The notes: generated by a model from the letters alone, not told the origin. Counted from the stretch's first letter, positions 1-9,274 are shown. The stretch is 25,323 nt of DNA from an uncultured Ruminococcus sp. (GCA_902767125.1 CACXGJ010000138.1:1-25323), one strand, 5' to 3'. Program-made: numbers and translations.

Positions 1-9
1 ACATAAATT

Positions 10-49
10 TGACCGCCCGTAAAGAATAAAATCCTTTACGGACGGTCAC
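10..49 (-). terminator. Probable intrinsic terminator downstream of infB
   Basis: Inverted repeat TGACCGCCCGTAAAG / CTTTACGGACGGTCA; its one mismatch is a G-U pair on the minus strand; about 20 nt after the infB stop; U-tract is weak (AAUUUAUGU). Confidence 0.7.
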
Positions 50-68
50 TTGTTTATTTATTATTCTA

Positions 69-2621
69 TCATTCTTTTATCTGTTCCATCTGATATATCT
101 CGAAAATATCGCCCTCTTTTATATCGGAGAAACGTTCAAGAGTTATACCACATTCAAAGCCCTGTGCTACCTCCTTGACGGAATCCTTGAACCTCTGGAG
201 AGAGGCTATTGTATCATCTGCAATTATTATACCGTCACGGACAACTCTGACGCTTGCTCCACGGACAACCTTTCCCGAAAGCACATAAGAGCCTGATACA
301 AGACCGACATTTGTTATCTTATAGGTCTGACGTACTTCGACCTTACCGAGAACGGTCTCTTTGAATTTAGGTGCAAGCATACCTTTCATGGCAGCCTGTA
401 TTTCCTCGATACAATCATATATGACTCTGTACAGACGCATATCCACACCGTCATTTTTGGCATTTTCTTCAGCAACGGGATCGGGACGTACATTGAAGCC
501 GACTATAATTGCATTTGATGCTGATGCGAGCATCACATCGGATTCTCTTATTGCACCTACACCGCTGTGTATCACATTGACACGTATCTCATCATTTGTC
601 AGCTTTTCGAGTGATTGCCTTACCGCCTCGACAGAACCCTGAACATCAGCTTTTACGATTATCTTCAGTTCTTTCATATCTTCAAGCTTCATCTGATCAA
701 AGAGATTATCGAGAGTGATTTTTGTACGGGCATTGAATTTTTCTTCCTTCTGTGCAGTCTTCCTCTGATCAACAAGCTCTCTTGCAAGACGCTCATCGGA
801 TACAGAGTTGAATACATCACCGCCTGTCGGGACATTATCAAGACCTGTTATCTCAACAGGTACCGAAGGACCTGCATTCTTTACTTTATTGCCCTTATCA
901 TCGCTCATTGCACGGACACGTCCGACCGTTGTACCTGCAACGATTATATCACCTACATTGAGAGTACCGTTCTGAACGAGTACCGTTGCAACAGGACCAC
1001 GACCTTTGTCAAGTCTTGCTTCGATGACAGTACCCTTTGCAGCTCTTTCGGGATTCGCCTTCAGCTCCTTCATGTCTGCAATAAGGAGTACCATTTCAAG
1101 AAGCTCATTGAGATTTTCCTTTGTTTTTGCAGAAACGCCTATAACGGGAGTATCTCCGCCGAAGTCCTCGGGAACTATCTCATATTCCATAAGCTGTGTT
1201 TTAACTTTGTTTATGTCTGCCGCAGGCTTGTCTATTTTATTTGCTGCAACGATTATTGAAACTCCCGCAGCCTTTGCATGGTTTATAGCCTCAATGGTTT
1301 GAGGCATGATGCCGTCGTCGGCAGCCACGACAAGTATAGCAATATCCGTTACTTGAGCTCCTCTTGCACGCATTGTTGTAAATGCCTCATGTCCGGGAGT
1401 GTCGAGGAAAGTTATATCCCTGCCGTCAATATTTACACGATAAGCACCAATATGTTGAGTTATGCCGCCTGCCTCGGTTGACGTTACATTTGCATGGCGT
1501 ATGGCATCAAGGAGAGAGGTCTTGCCGTGGTCAACGTGTCCCATCACGACAACGACGGGAGCTCTCGGAACAAGATTTTCGTCATCATCATCACTGTCAT
1601 CAATGATTCTTTCTTCAATGGTCTCAATGGTTTCCTTTTCTATTCTTGCATGGAATTCAAGTGCCACAAGAGAGGCTGTATCGAAGTCGATGTTATCATT
1701 GACGCTTGCCATTACACCAAGATTCATGAGCTTCATGATGACTTCGGCAGCTCTCGCCTTAAGACGCAGTGCAAGCTCACCGACAGTTATCTCATCAGGA
1801 ATCTGAACAGTTATAGGCTTTGTTTTTCTTTCTCTTTCGATACGGTTGATTCTTTCCATTTCGGTTTCCTTGCGGGAATTTTTGGGTTTTCCACGCTGTT
1901 GGGAACGCTGATTTATCTTTTCCTTGCCCGGACCTGTATTGACATTGTGCATTTTTTCGCTTGCAAGACGGTCATATTTTTCATTGTATCTTTCGATATC
2001 GACATTTGACTGACGGGTATTTATCACCCTGCTTCTTTTTTCAAATGAGCCTTCCTGCTTTGGAGCTTCGGGTTCGGTATTTTGTTTTTCGGGTTTTTGG
2101 TTATTGTTGTTCTGAACAGGTTTTTTATCGGGATTTTTGAACTTGCTTCCATTGATGCCTTTGGTTTTTTTATCGGGCTTGGATTCAAATCTTTTTTCCT
2201 TTTTGGCATCCGACCTTTCAGTCTTTTCGGACTTTTCTGTTTTTTCTTTTTTATCCCTGTCCTTATCGGGCTTATCCTTTTTGTCTTTTTTATATTTATC
2301 AAACTTATCGTTTTTGTCTTTGTCGGATTTTCTGTCTTTTTTCTCTGACTTTTCCGTTTTTTCGATTTTATCCTTCTTGTCCGGGGCAGAGGGCTTTTCA
2401 TCTTCAACGGGATCGTTTTTTGAAGCAAAATATTTTTGAAAATCGGGTACACTGTTATCAAGAGTTACTTTTTCAAATACAAAATTAAGCTCATCCTCCG
2501 TAAGAACGGTATTAGGCTTTCTTATGGTATTGAAATTTTGTTTTATCATATCTGCAATATCCTTGACCTGCATATTAAGGTCCTTTGCCAGATCACCAAG
2601 TTTATATTTTATCATACACAA
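69..2621 (-). CDS. infB: Translation initiation factor IF-2
   Basis: 850 aa; [13 protein letters not shown] and NKID GTPase motifs; IF-2 C-terminal domains ([15 protein letters not shown]); last gene of the rimP-nusA cluster; AGGAGG RBS before GTG at 2621 (alternative ATG at 2615). Confidence 0.99.
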   Translation of the reverse strand: MCMIKYKLGDLAKDLNMQVKDIADMIKQNFNTIRKPNTVLTEDELNFVFEKVTLDNSVPDFQKYFASKNDPVEDEKPSAPDKKDKIEKTEKSEKKDRKSDKDKNDKFDKYKKDKKDKPDKDRDKKEKTEKSEKTERSDAKKEKRFESKPDKKTKGINGSKFKNPDKKPVQNNNNQKPEKQNTEPEAPKQEGSFEKRSRVINTRQSNVDIERYNEKYDRLASEKMHNVNTGPGKEKINQRSQQRGKPKNSRKETEMERINRIERERKTKPITVQIPDEITVGELALRLKARAAEVIMKLMNLGVMASVNDNIDFDTASLVALEFHARIEKETIETIEERIIDDSDDDDENLVPRAPVVVVMGHVDHGKTSLLDAIRHANVTSTEAGGITQHIGAYRVNIDGRDITFLDTPGHEAFTTMRARGAQVTDIAILVVAADDGIMPQTIEAINHAKAAGVSIIVAANKIDKPAADINKVKTQLMEYEIVPEDFGGDTPVIGVSAKTKENLNELLEMVLLIADMKELKANPERAAKGTVIEARLDKGRGPVATVLVQNGTLNVGDIIVAGTTVGRVRAMSDDKGNKVKNAGPSVPVEITGLDNVPTGGDVFNSVSDERLARELVDQRKTAQKEEKFNARTKITLDNLFDQMKLEDMKELKIIVKADVQGSVEAVRQSLEKLTNDEIRVNVIHSGVGAIRESDVMLASASNAIIVGFNVRPDPVAEENAKNDGVDMRLYRVIYDCIEEIQAAMKGMLAPKFKETVLGKVEVRQTYKITNVGLVSGSYVLSGKVVRGASVRVVRDGIIIADDTIASLQRFKDSVKEVAQGFECGITLERFSDIKEGDIFEIYQMEQIKE

Positions 2622-2636
2622 ATTCCTCCTGTTACA

Positions 2637-2945
2637 TCAAGCTAAAAGCTGTTGCAGCTTTTTTGCAAATCCTTCATCATTCACGGAAACAACTCCCACA
2701 AGCTTTCCGACGGCTGCCCCGAGATCAGCCATAGGTATATTTGAGGCAATGATATTTATATTATTGCTTTCTGCTTTTTTATAAAATGCAGAGAGCGTTC
2801 TCTCGGAAATATCAACAGCGGTTATTATCAGCCTTGATTTTTTCTTTATGACAGATTCCTCCGCCGAGTCGAATCCGAGAGAGAGCTTGCCGGCTCTTCT
2901 CGCAAGACCTAAAAGATTCAAAGCCGATCTGATATTATTGTCCAT
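2637..2945 (-). CDS. ylxQ: L7Ae/L30e-family RNA-binding protein (YlxQ-like), 102 aa
   Basis: LLGLARRAGKLSLG motif; position between ylxR and infB; start moved to the MDNN ATG at 2945, overlapping the ylxR stop. Confidence 0.93.
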   Translation of the reverse strand: MDNNIRSALNLLGLARRAGKLSLGFDSAEESVIKKKSRLIITAVDISERTLSAFYKKAESNNINIIASNIPMADLGAAVGKLVGVVSVNDEGFAKKLQQLLA

Positions 2946-3249
2946 TTGATTCAGCCGCCTCCAGTTCTTTTTCAAGCTGTAGGTAGACCTCATCGGGTAT
3001 CCTGCATGAAAATGCTTTTTCAAGTCTCCTTGCCTTTCTTGCAGCCTTAAGACATTCAGAGTTAGAGCATATATAAGCACCTCTGCCCGATTTTTTGCCT
3101 GTCAGGTCAACAATGATCTCGCTTTTCAGTATGATATTTCCGTTTTCATCCGTTTTATCGGGTGTTTTTACTATCCTTACAAGCTGCTTTTTTTCCTTCA
3201 TCTCATTGCAGCCCGTACATTTTCTCAAAGGGATCTTCTTTTGGTGCAT
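2935..3249 (-). CDS. ylxR: YlxR/RnpM (DUF448) RNA-binding protein
   Basis: PLRKCTGC...GKKSGRGAYIC...ECL signature; directly after nusA. Confidence 0.95.
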   Translation of the reverse strand: MHQKKIPLRKCTGCNEMKEKKQLVRIVKTPDKTDENGNIILKSEIIVDLTGKKSGRGAYICSNSECLKAARKARRLEKAFSCRIPDEVYLQLEKELEAAESNGQ

Positions 3250-3265
3250 ATATTATCTCCTTCAA

Positions 3266-4459
3266 TTATGCTTCAGAGTCAACCGTCGTGTCCTTGCCTT
3301 CCGTATCAGTATCGTCAGCAGCCTCTGTAATATCAGCTTTTGTTTCTGTATCTTCATATTCATCATCTTCTTCGTCATCATAAGGATTGCTCTCGGGACG
3401 GATATCTATTTTCCATCCGGTGAGCTTTGCGGCAAGACGAACATTTTGCCCCTTGTTTCCTATTGCAAGTGAAAGCTGGCTGTCAGGCACTACTGCACGG
3501 CAGGTTCTTTCGGTTCTCGGATCTATGTCTACCCACTTTACCTCGGCGGGAGAAAGTGATGCGGAAACGAATTTTATAGGATCCTCATCATATTCGATGA
3601 TATCTATTTTTTCACCGTTGAGAGCAGCAACTATTGTGCTGACTCTCTGACCTCTCGGACCTATGCAGGCTCCGACAGCATCTACATTTTCATCATGGCT
3701 GAATACAGCTATTTTAGTTCTTGAGCCTGCTTCTCTCGATATTGATTTTATCTCGACAACACCGTCAAATATCTCGGGAACCTCGGATTCAAAGAGTTTT
3801 TTGACAAAATCGGGATGAGTCCTTGAGACTATGGCACGGGATTCCTTATTATCGGGCTTCATACCGAGAACATATACTTTTATGACATCATTTTCATGCA
3901 ATACCTCTCCGACAACCTGTTCATTTTTTGCAAGGACTGCAACGGATTTTCCGAGACGTACATTTGCATTGCCCGTATTCTTGTCGATCTGCTCAACGGT
4001 AACTGTAACTATCTCTGCCCTTTTGCTTTCAAAGTCGGCAAGAGCCTGTCCCTTTTCGCTGTCACGGATGCCCTGACGTATTGTATTCTTGGCTTTTTGT
4101 GCAGCGATTCTTCCAAAGTCCTTTGTATCAAGTCTTATACCGACCTTATCGCCTATCACGGCATTGGCATTGATCTTTCTTGCTTCATCAAGCTGTATCT
4201 CATACTTGGGATTCAACACCTCATCAACGACCTCTTTATTGAGGAATACCTCGAAGATGCTTGTATCGGGATCCATGTTTATAAGTATGTCATCATCACT
4301 GTTGCCGTACATTTTCTTGCAGGCAAGCTTTATAGCCTTTTGTATCTGGACTATCATATAGTCAACGGCTATGCCCTTTTCCTTTTCGATAGCCTTCAGA
4401 ACCTCATAGAGTTCTGGATTTTTATTTATCTCTGTTTTATTTTCATTTTTAGCTTTCAT
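3266..4459 (-). CDS. nusA: Transcription termination/antitermination factor NusA
   Basis: FGRIAAQKAK, S1 and KH motifs (REAGSRTKIAV, GACIGPRGQRV, LAIGNKGQNVRLAAKLTGWKIDI); acidic tail; start placed at ATG 4459 behind GGAGG (4471-4475). Confidence 0.98.
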   Translation of the reverse strand: MKAKNENKTEINKNPELYEVLKAIEKEKGIAVDYMIVQIQKAIKLACKKMYGNSDDDILINMDPDTSIFEVFLNKEVVDEVLNPKYEIQLDEARKINANAVIGDKVGIRLDTKDFGRIAAQKAKNTIRQGIRDSEKGQALADFESKRAEIVTVTVEQIDKNTGNANVRLGKSVAVLAKNEQVVGEVLHENDVIKVYVLGMKPDNKESRAIVSRTHPDFVKKLFESEVPEIFDGVVEIKSISREAGSRTKIAVFSHDENVDAVGACIGPRGQRVSTIVAALNGEKIDIIEYDEDPIKFVSASLSPAEVKWVDIDPRTERTCRAVVPDSQLSLAIGNKGQNVRLAAKLTGWKIDIRPESNPYDDEEDDEYEDTETKADITEAADDTDTEGKDTTVDSEA

Positions 4460-4480
4460 TTTTGTAAGTGCCTCCATTTA

Positions 4481-4963
4481 TCAAAGGTTGAAATCATCTA
4501 ATTTAATATATACGGCATCTTTTTTGTTTATTACGATCCGAGAGCCGTTTTCGGAATTTACGGTGACAGTATCCTTGTCATGTGCGATAAGAGTACCCTT
4601 AAATTCACGGATACCGTTTTGATCAGGTCTGTGGAGCTTGACCATAACAGGTGCTGCAAGAAATGCGTCAAAATGCTCCGGTCTTATCAGCTCCCTTTCA
4701 ATGCCCGGTGATGAGACCTCAAGACAATAATTCTGTTCTATCGGATCAAGATCATCAAGGGGCTTGTCGACAGCTCTTGTAACATTTTCACAGTCCTCGA
4801 TAGTAACGCCGCTGTCCTTGTCAATGAATATTCTCAAGTACCACATGGCACCCTCCTTGACAAATCGTACATCCCATAGTACAAGACCAAGCTGTTCAAT
4901 GATAGGTTGAACGCATTGAGTGACAGCTTCAACGGTATTGAGTTTAGATTTTTTTTCTCTCAT
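4481..4963 (-). CDS. rimP: Ribosome maturation factor RimP
   Basis: LRIFIDK...VTIEDC...LEVSSPGIER signature; first gene of the nusA operon. Confidence 0.98.
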   Translation of the reverse strand: MREKKSKLNTVEAVTQCVQPIIEQLGLVLWDVRFVKEGAMWYLRIFIDKDSGVTIEDCENVTRAVDKPLDDLDPIEQNYCLEVSSPGIERELIRPEHFDAFLAAPVMVKLHRPDQNGIREFKGTLIAHDKDTVTVNSENGSRIVINKKDAVYIKLDDFNL

Positions 4964-5007
4964 AGCAATCTCCGTTCCATAAAATATATTTTTGTCATAT
5001 TAACGAT

Positions 5008-5032
5008 AAAAGAGCGGGTCACCCCACTCTTT
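5008..5032 (-). promoter_or_regulatory. rimP-leader-type attenuator hairpin
   Basis: RNA AAAGAGUGGG-GUGA-CCCGCUCUUUU: GNRA tetraloop and short U-tract, between the promoter and the rimP start; resembles the described rimP leader. Confidence 0.8.
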
Positions 5033-5062
5033 CGTCAACCAACACAATATCTACCATAATTA

Positions 5063-5091
5063 ATTCTACCACAGTGTATTGAAATATGCAA
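5063..5091 (-). promoter_or_regulatory. sigmaA promoter of the rimP-nusA-infB operon
   Basis: TTGCAT-N17-TAGAAT with extended -10 TG. Confidence 0.75.
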
Positions 5092-5108
5092 GAAGTTTTT
5101 TAAAAAAA

Positions 5109-6770
5109 TTACTCACTTTCGAGTAATTTAACAGCTTCGGTCGTATCAAGCTTATCTATCTTGTTGAGTTTTCTGTTCATCTGACGTGTACGCACTCCGA
5201 CAAGCAGTTCAAGACTGTCTTCTGTATCTTTAAGATTTTTTCTTGCCTTTTCGAGAACGCCCTCAAATTTTGCAAATTCTGTTTTGACAGCTCCGAGAAC
5301 TTCCCAAACTTCACCGCTTCGTTTTTGAATTGCGAGTGTCTGAAAGCCCATTTTGAGAGAATTGAGCATTGCCGCCATAGTAGACGGACCTGCTGCATTT
5401 ATGTTGTAGGTACGCTGTAATTCCTCGACAAGTCCCGGTGTATTCACTACCTCGGCATACAGTCCCTCAAACGGCAGGAACATTATTGCAAACTGTGTTG
5501 TGTAGGGCGATTCTATGTATTTTGTGCTTATATCCTTTGCACACTTCTTGACAACATCAACAAGTTCTTTTTTTGCTGACGAGATAAGCTCCTTGTCGCC
5601 TGTTTCATAAGCATCCTGAAGATGAGCGAATCTGTCGCCGGGGAATTTTGAATCTATCGGAAGATATACTGTTTTGCCTTCTTCAAGTCCCGGCAGTTTG
5701 ACTGCAAATTCAACACGGTTTTTGCTTTTGGGAACAGTTGCAACATTTTCGTCATACTGTTCGGGAGTAAGTATCTCTTTGAGGATAGCTCCAAGCTGTA
5801 TTTCACCGAGTATGCCACGTGTCTTGACATTTGAGAGGACTTTCTTCAGATCACCGACACCCTGTGCAACATTCTGCATTTCACCGAGTCCCTTATATAC
5901 CTGTTCAAGTCTTTCGCTGACGAGCTTAAAGGATTCATTCATCTTATTTTCGAGAGTAGTCTGCAATTTCTCGTCAACAGTTCCTCTTATCTGTTCAAGC
6001 TGTTTGTTGTTGTCGTCACGAATATTTTTGAGCTGATTCTGAACAGTAGTTTCGAGAGTGGCAAAACGGCTTTCAAGCTGTTGAAGATTGCCTGATATGC
6101 TTCCGTTCATGCTTTCGAGATTGGTCTGTAATTTTTCGTCAACGGTTCTCCTTATCTGCTCAAGCTGTTTGCTGTTGTCATCACGGATATTTTGGAGTTT
6201 GGTTTCGGTATTGTTTTCAAGTGTGGCAAAACGGCTTTCAAGCTGTTTGAGATTGGCTGATATGCTTCCGTTCATGCTTTCAAGATTAGTCTGTAATTTT
6301 TCGTCAACGGTTCCTCTTATCTGTTCAAGATGTTTGCTGTTGTCGTCACGGATATTTTGGAGTTTGGTTTCGGTACTGTTTTCAAGTGTAGCAAAACGAC
6401 TTTCAAGCTGTTTAAGCTGATTCGAGATGTTGGTATTCATTGAAGAAAGCTGTTCAAGCTGTGAATTTCCGACAATTTCAAGCTGTTCTCTTTGAGCCTT
6501 GGCTAATTTTATCTGTTCATTTCCGGAGCGTTCCTGACCTGCTGTAAGCTGACTGCCAAAAGCGGTCATGTTATCCTTTATGCTTGAAGAAACTTCTTGT
6601 CGGAGAGAGCTTTGTGAATCACGATTTTCTTTTTGTATCATTTCAAGGTATGATCTTATAGAATCCATTTCGGGTTTAATATCAGTCTTTTGGGAGGCTC
6701 CCGTTCTGACGATCAAAAATATAAGTAAAACTATGATTATTATTCCAACGATGAGCAATGCAATGTCCAT
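5109..6770 (-). CDS. rmuC: RmuC-family protein with N-terminal membrane anchor and expanded coiled coil
   Basis: Hydrophobic N-terminus, long coiled coil, RmuC core (KTRGILGEIQL, LPIDSKFP, FAIMFLPFEGLYAE). Confidence 0.92.
   Translation of the reverse strand: MDIALLIVGIIIIVLLIFLIVRTGASQKTDIKPEMDSIRSYLEMIQKENRDSQSSLRQEVSSSIKDNMTAFGSQLTAGQERSGNEQIKLAKAQREQLEIVGNSQLEQLSSMNTNISNQLKQLESRFATLENSTETKLQNIRDDNSKHLEQIRGTVDEKLQTNLESMNGSISANLKQLESRFATLENNTETKLQNIRDDNSKQLEQIRRTVDEKLQTNLESMNGSISGNLQQLESRFATLETTVQNQLKNIRDDNNKQLEQIRGTVDEKLQTTLENKMNESFKLVSERLEQVYKGLGEMQNVAQGVGDLKKVLSNVKTRGILGEIQLGAILKEILTPEQYDENVATVPKSKNRVEFAVKLPGLEEGKTVYLPIDSKFPGDRFAHLQDAYETGDKELISSAKKELVDVVKKCAKDISTKYIESPYTTQFAIMFLPFEGLYAEVVNTPGLVEELQRTYNINAAGPSTMAAMLNSLKMGFQTLAIQKRSGEVWEVLGAVKTEFAKFEGVLEKARKNLKDTEDSLELLVGVRTRQMNRKLNKIDKLDTTEAVKLLESE
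5961..6420. repeat. In-frame 165-bp tandem repeat (about 2.8 copies) within rmuC
   Basis: GCAAAACG(G/A)CTTTCAAGCTG starts at 6061, 6226 and 6391; 55-aa unit LKQLESRFATLE...TVDEKLQT. Confidence 0.97.
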
Positions 6771-6786
6771 TGATTTTTACACTCCT

Positions 6787-7227
6787 TCAAATATAATATC
6801 CGTCGCCCTGTGCAAAAGGGCTTTTGTCGATGATGTCCTTGAGTGTTATGCTGTCAAGGTATTCGTTTATCACATCATAGAGTCCCTTCCAAACGGGGAG
6901 TGTTATACATTCATTTGCCCTCGGACAATCATTTATATCCGTTTCAAGACAGGCGACAGGTGCAAGGCTTCCTTCAGTCAGGCGAAGTATTTCACCGACA
7001 GTATATTTATCGGCAGGCTTTGAGAGCATATATCCGCCCTGATATCCTCTGTTGGCTTTAAGCAGTCCCGCCTTGCTCAAAAGAGGAACTATTTGTTCAA
7101 GATATTTTTTTGAAATGTTCTGTCTTTCGGCGATATCCTTAAGTGAAACATATTCTCCCTCCTTGCAGTTAAGGGCAAGGTCTATAAGCATTCTCAAAGA
7201 ATATCTTCCTTTTGTCGAGATTTTCAT
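6787..7227 (-). CDS. Rrf2-family transcriptional regulator (IscR/CymR-like, three Cys), 146 aa
   Basis: MKISTKGRY start behind AAGGAG; winged HTH (ISKKYLEQI, RGYQGGYML); C-X7-C-X5-C cluster. Confidence 0.95.
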   Translation of the reverse strand: MKISTKGRYSLRMLIDLALNCKEGEYVSLKDIAERQNISKKYLEQIVPLLSKAGLLKANRGYQGGYMLSKPADKYTVGEILRLTEGSLAPVACLETDINDCPRANECITLPVWKGLYDVINEYLDSITLKDIIDKSPFAQGDGYYI

Positions 7228-7269
7228 AAAAAATTCTCCTTTCCACACAAGATTTACACAATTTATACT

Positions 7270-7299
7270 ATTATATCACAACAATAATGTTTTTTTCAA
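7270..7299 (-). promoter_or_regulatory. Probable sigmaA promoter for rrf2-rmuC
   Basis: TTGAAA-N18-TATAAT with extended -10 TG. Confidence 0.6.
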
Positions 7300-7312
7300 T
7301 ACAAAATATAAC

Positions 7313-7351
7313 AAAAAAACAGCAGAACAGAAAAAACAAATTCTGTTCTGC
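7313..7351 (-). terminator. Intrinsic terminator of the tandem-HTH gene
   Basis: Perfect 11-bp stem GCAGAACAGAA/TTCTGTTCTGC followed by a U-run on the minus strand, just after the stop at 7358. Confidence 0.85.
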
Positions 7352-7357
7352 AATGTG

Positions 7358-9001
7358 CTAAAGCATTTCCTCAAAAGCCCTGCGTATCTTTGGATGTCGG
7401 ATGATGAAGTGTATCGGCTGACAGTCGTTTTTTGATATCATCACCCATTTATCATTGTGCATAATTATATTTACATTTTTCAGTTTATACCTGTTGTCAA
7501 ATTCAATATTATAATTATCGTACTTTTCGGCAAATTCAATGGTCTGTTTTTTGTGTTCGATGTATTCTGAATAATCATTGTAGAAAAAAGGTCTTTCCTG
7601 AAAGGCTCCCGTAACTGACAGCCCAAAGGGTTCTTTTTCAAATTCCTCCCTTGAAAACAGTGTTATACGATCATCTATGGTGAATGACTTAAGGATTGAA
7701 ATGATATTTTCCTTTGCGTGCCTGTAAACATCCATTATTTTTGCAATCTCGGCTTCGGATGCCTTCTGATTTTGCAGAACAGATATCAGGAGATCCCTTT
7801 TCATAGTCCACAGAGGAAATACTGACCATATGCCCCGTCTTTCGCCTGATGTATGGACATCGGCATTCAGGAATTGTATTAATGTATCCACATTGTCATG
7901 CTTGTAAACATTCATAAGAGACCGTGATTTTTGGAGTATCACTCTCATTTCCCGATTGTAGTATTTCAACGATTCACTTGTACGGTCAAGATTCAGTTTT
8001 ACATGAGTCTCGTGTCCGTACACTCCCTCACCATACATAACGATCTTGTCTGTACATCCGCATACATGATAGTATATGCCGCTTTTTGCAGTGGGCAGAT
8101 AAAACGGCTTCAAGCCTCCGCTCATAAAAAGAGGGAACATTTTTTGGATAGCTATCGTAATATCCTCGAATGGTCTTTCGATATTATGCACAAAGATAAC
8201 GGATACTCCCTTTTTGATTATCTCGGACATCAGATATATCCATTCATCCGAAAGCTGTTCATGGCGAAATATGAAGTGAGGCATTTCGCTGAAAACATAC
8301 AATTCTTTTGTGTCTTCGTCTGCAAGAACATACCGAAGGAAATCGAGTTCTCCACGGCAGACATTTTCCTTGCCGATATAAGACCTTACCTTGTTGAAAG
8401 CGGGCAGAACGATATCATAATTTCTTGGAGGTTTGTCATTGTGGAACTGAATGACATGATCTGTAGCCGCAATTTTTTCCGACAAAAACCATTCCCGTAC
8501 ACCGTTGATATATGTCTCATTGGTTTTGGTCATTTCGGCGTTATCCATCAAAGCCGAGATCATACTGTCATATTTTTCATTTCTGTATTTGAGATTAAGG
8601 AACTCTCCGATTTTCTCGGCAAAGCTGCTTGAATCGGATATATTTCGCTGCTTGCTTCTTACTCTTGATATAAATGACGGATCATAATTGGAGAATCTTG
8701 CAAAATCATTCATGTTTATGTCGAGAGTGGAGACAAGGATATTGAACTTTCTCACAAACATATCCATATTATTGTTTTCGTCGGATATGTCCATATCAGA
8801 CAAATCAAATTCTTCCCCGTGTTTTTTTGCGATGACCTCAAAGCCCTTTGCAAGCTTTTGAAGCTGCTGCTTTGAAGGGTGTCTTGTGCCGTTGCGGTAT
8901 CGGCTTATCACGGAAACTGAAAGATCAGAGGCATTGGCAAGCTCTTTGGCAGTACACCTGTATTTCTCTATCAAATCATTGATCTGTTTGGAAACTTCCA
9001 T
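7358..9001 (-). CDS. 547-aa putative transcriptional regulator with two XRE-like HTH domains and an unrecognised C-terminal region
   Basis: HTH1 TAKELANASDLSVSVISRYRNGTR; HTH2 NMNDFARFSNYDPSFISRVRSKQR; long ORF with own terminator. Confidence 0.8.
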   Translation of the reverse strand: MEVSKQINDLIEKYRCTAKELANASDLSVSVISRYRNGTRHPSKQQLQKLAKGFEVIAKKHGEEFDLSDMDISDENNNMDMFVRKFNILVSTLDINMNDFARFSNYDPSFISRVRSKQRNISDSSSFAEKIGEFLNLKYRNEKYDSMISALMDNAEMTKTNETYINGVREWFLSEKIAATDHVIQFHNDKPPRNYDIVLPAFNKVRSYIGKENVCRGELDFLRYVLADEDTKELYVFSEMPHFIFRHEQLSDEWIYLMSEIIKKGVSVIFVHNIERPFEDITIAIQKMFPLFMSGGLKPFYLPTAKSGIYYHVCGCTDKIVMYGEGVYGHETHVKLNLDRTSESLKYYNREMRVILQKSRSLMNVYKHDNVDTLIQFLNADVHTSGERRGIWSVFPLWTMKRDLLISVLQNQKASEAEIAKIMDVYRHAKENIISILKSFTIDDRITLFSREEFEKEPFGLSVTGAFQERPFFYNDYSEYIEHKKQTIEFAEKYDNYNIEFDNRYKLKNVNIIMHNDKWVMISKNDCQPIHFIIRHPKIRRAFEEML

Positions 9002-9091
9002 TTTTTGAGTATCACACTTTCCGTATAATGCTTTATTAATGGTGTATTATACCAATAATTTACCATATTTTAGAAAATATTGGCAATCACA

Positions 9092-9120
9092 TTGCCAAAC
9101 GGTCATTGACTCATTGGCAA
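9092..9120. promoter_or_regulatory. Putative operator, copy 1 of a 29-bp dyad-symmetric element
   Basis: TTGCCA-AACG-GTCATTGAC-TCAT-TGGCAA fits TTGNCA-N4-GTCAWTGAC-N4-TGNCAA. Confidence 0.6.
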
Positions 9121-9220
9121 TTATGATTTAAAAATCTAATATGGTATTATAATATTTTACAATTATATTATAATGGTATTTAAAGACAGTTATTTTTATA
9201 ATTCAGTGTTAAGATAGGAG

Positions 9221-9249
9221 TTGACATTAAGTCAATGACATTATGTCAA
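9221..9249. promoter_or_regulatory. Putative operator, copy 2 of the 29-bp dyad-symmetric element
   Basis: TTGACA-TTAA-GTCAATGAC-ATTA-TGTCAA fits the same pattern. Confidence 0.6.
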
Positions 9250-9274
9250 TAATCGACAAAAAATCCTTGAAAGT

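Noticed and set aside
361-2461. Antisense and alternative-frame ORFs over infB, and similar ones over nusA, rmuC, pcrA, rny, fakA, recG and fusA2
   Set aside because: Shadow ORFs of well-supported genes; no RBS or recognisable motifs
4477-4486. 10-nt match (TTTATCAAAG) between spacer 2 and the rimP-nusA junction
   Set aside because: Too short and AT-rich to exceed chance in 25 kb
9092-9249. Assigning the 29-bp element to CIRCE/HrcA or FNR/CRP boxes, or reading its TTGACA hexamers as -35 elements
   Set aside because: Sequence and spacing match neither CIRCE (TTAGCACTC-N9) nor TTGAT-N4-ATCAA, and no -10 lies 17 bp from these hexamers
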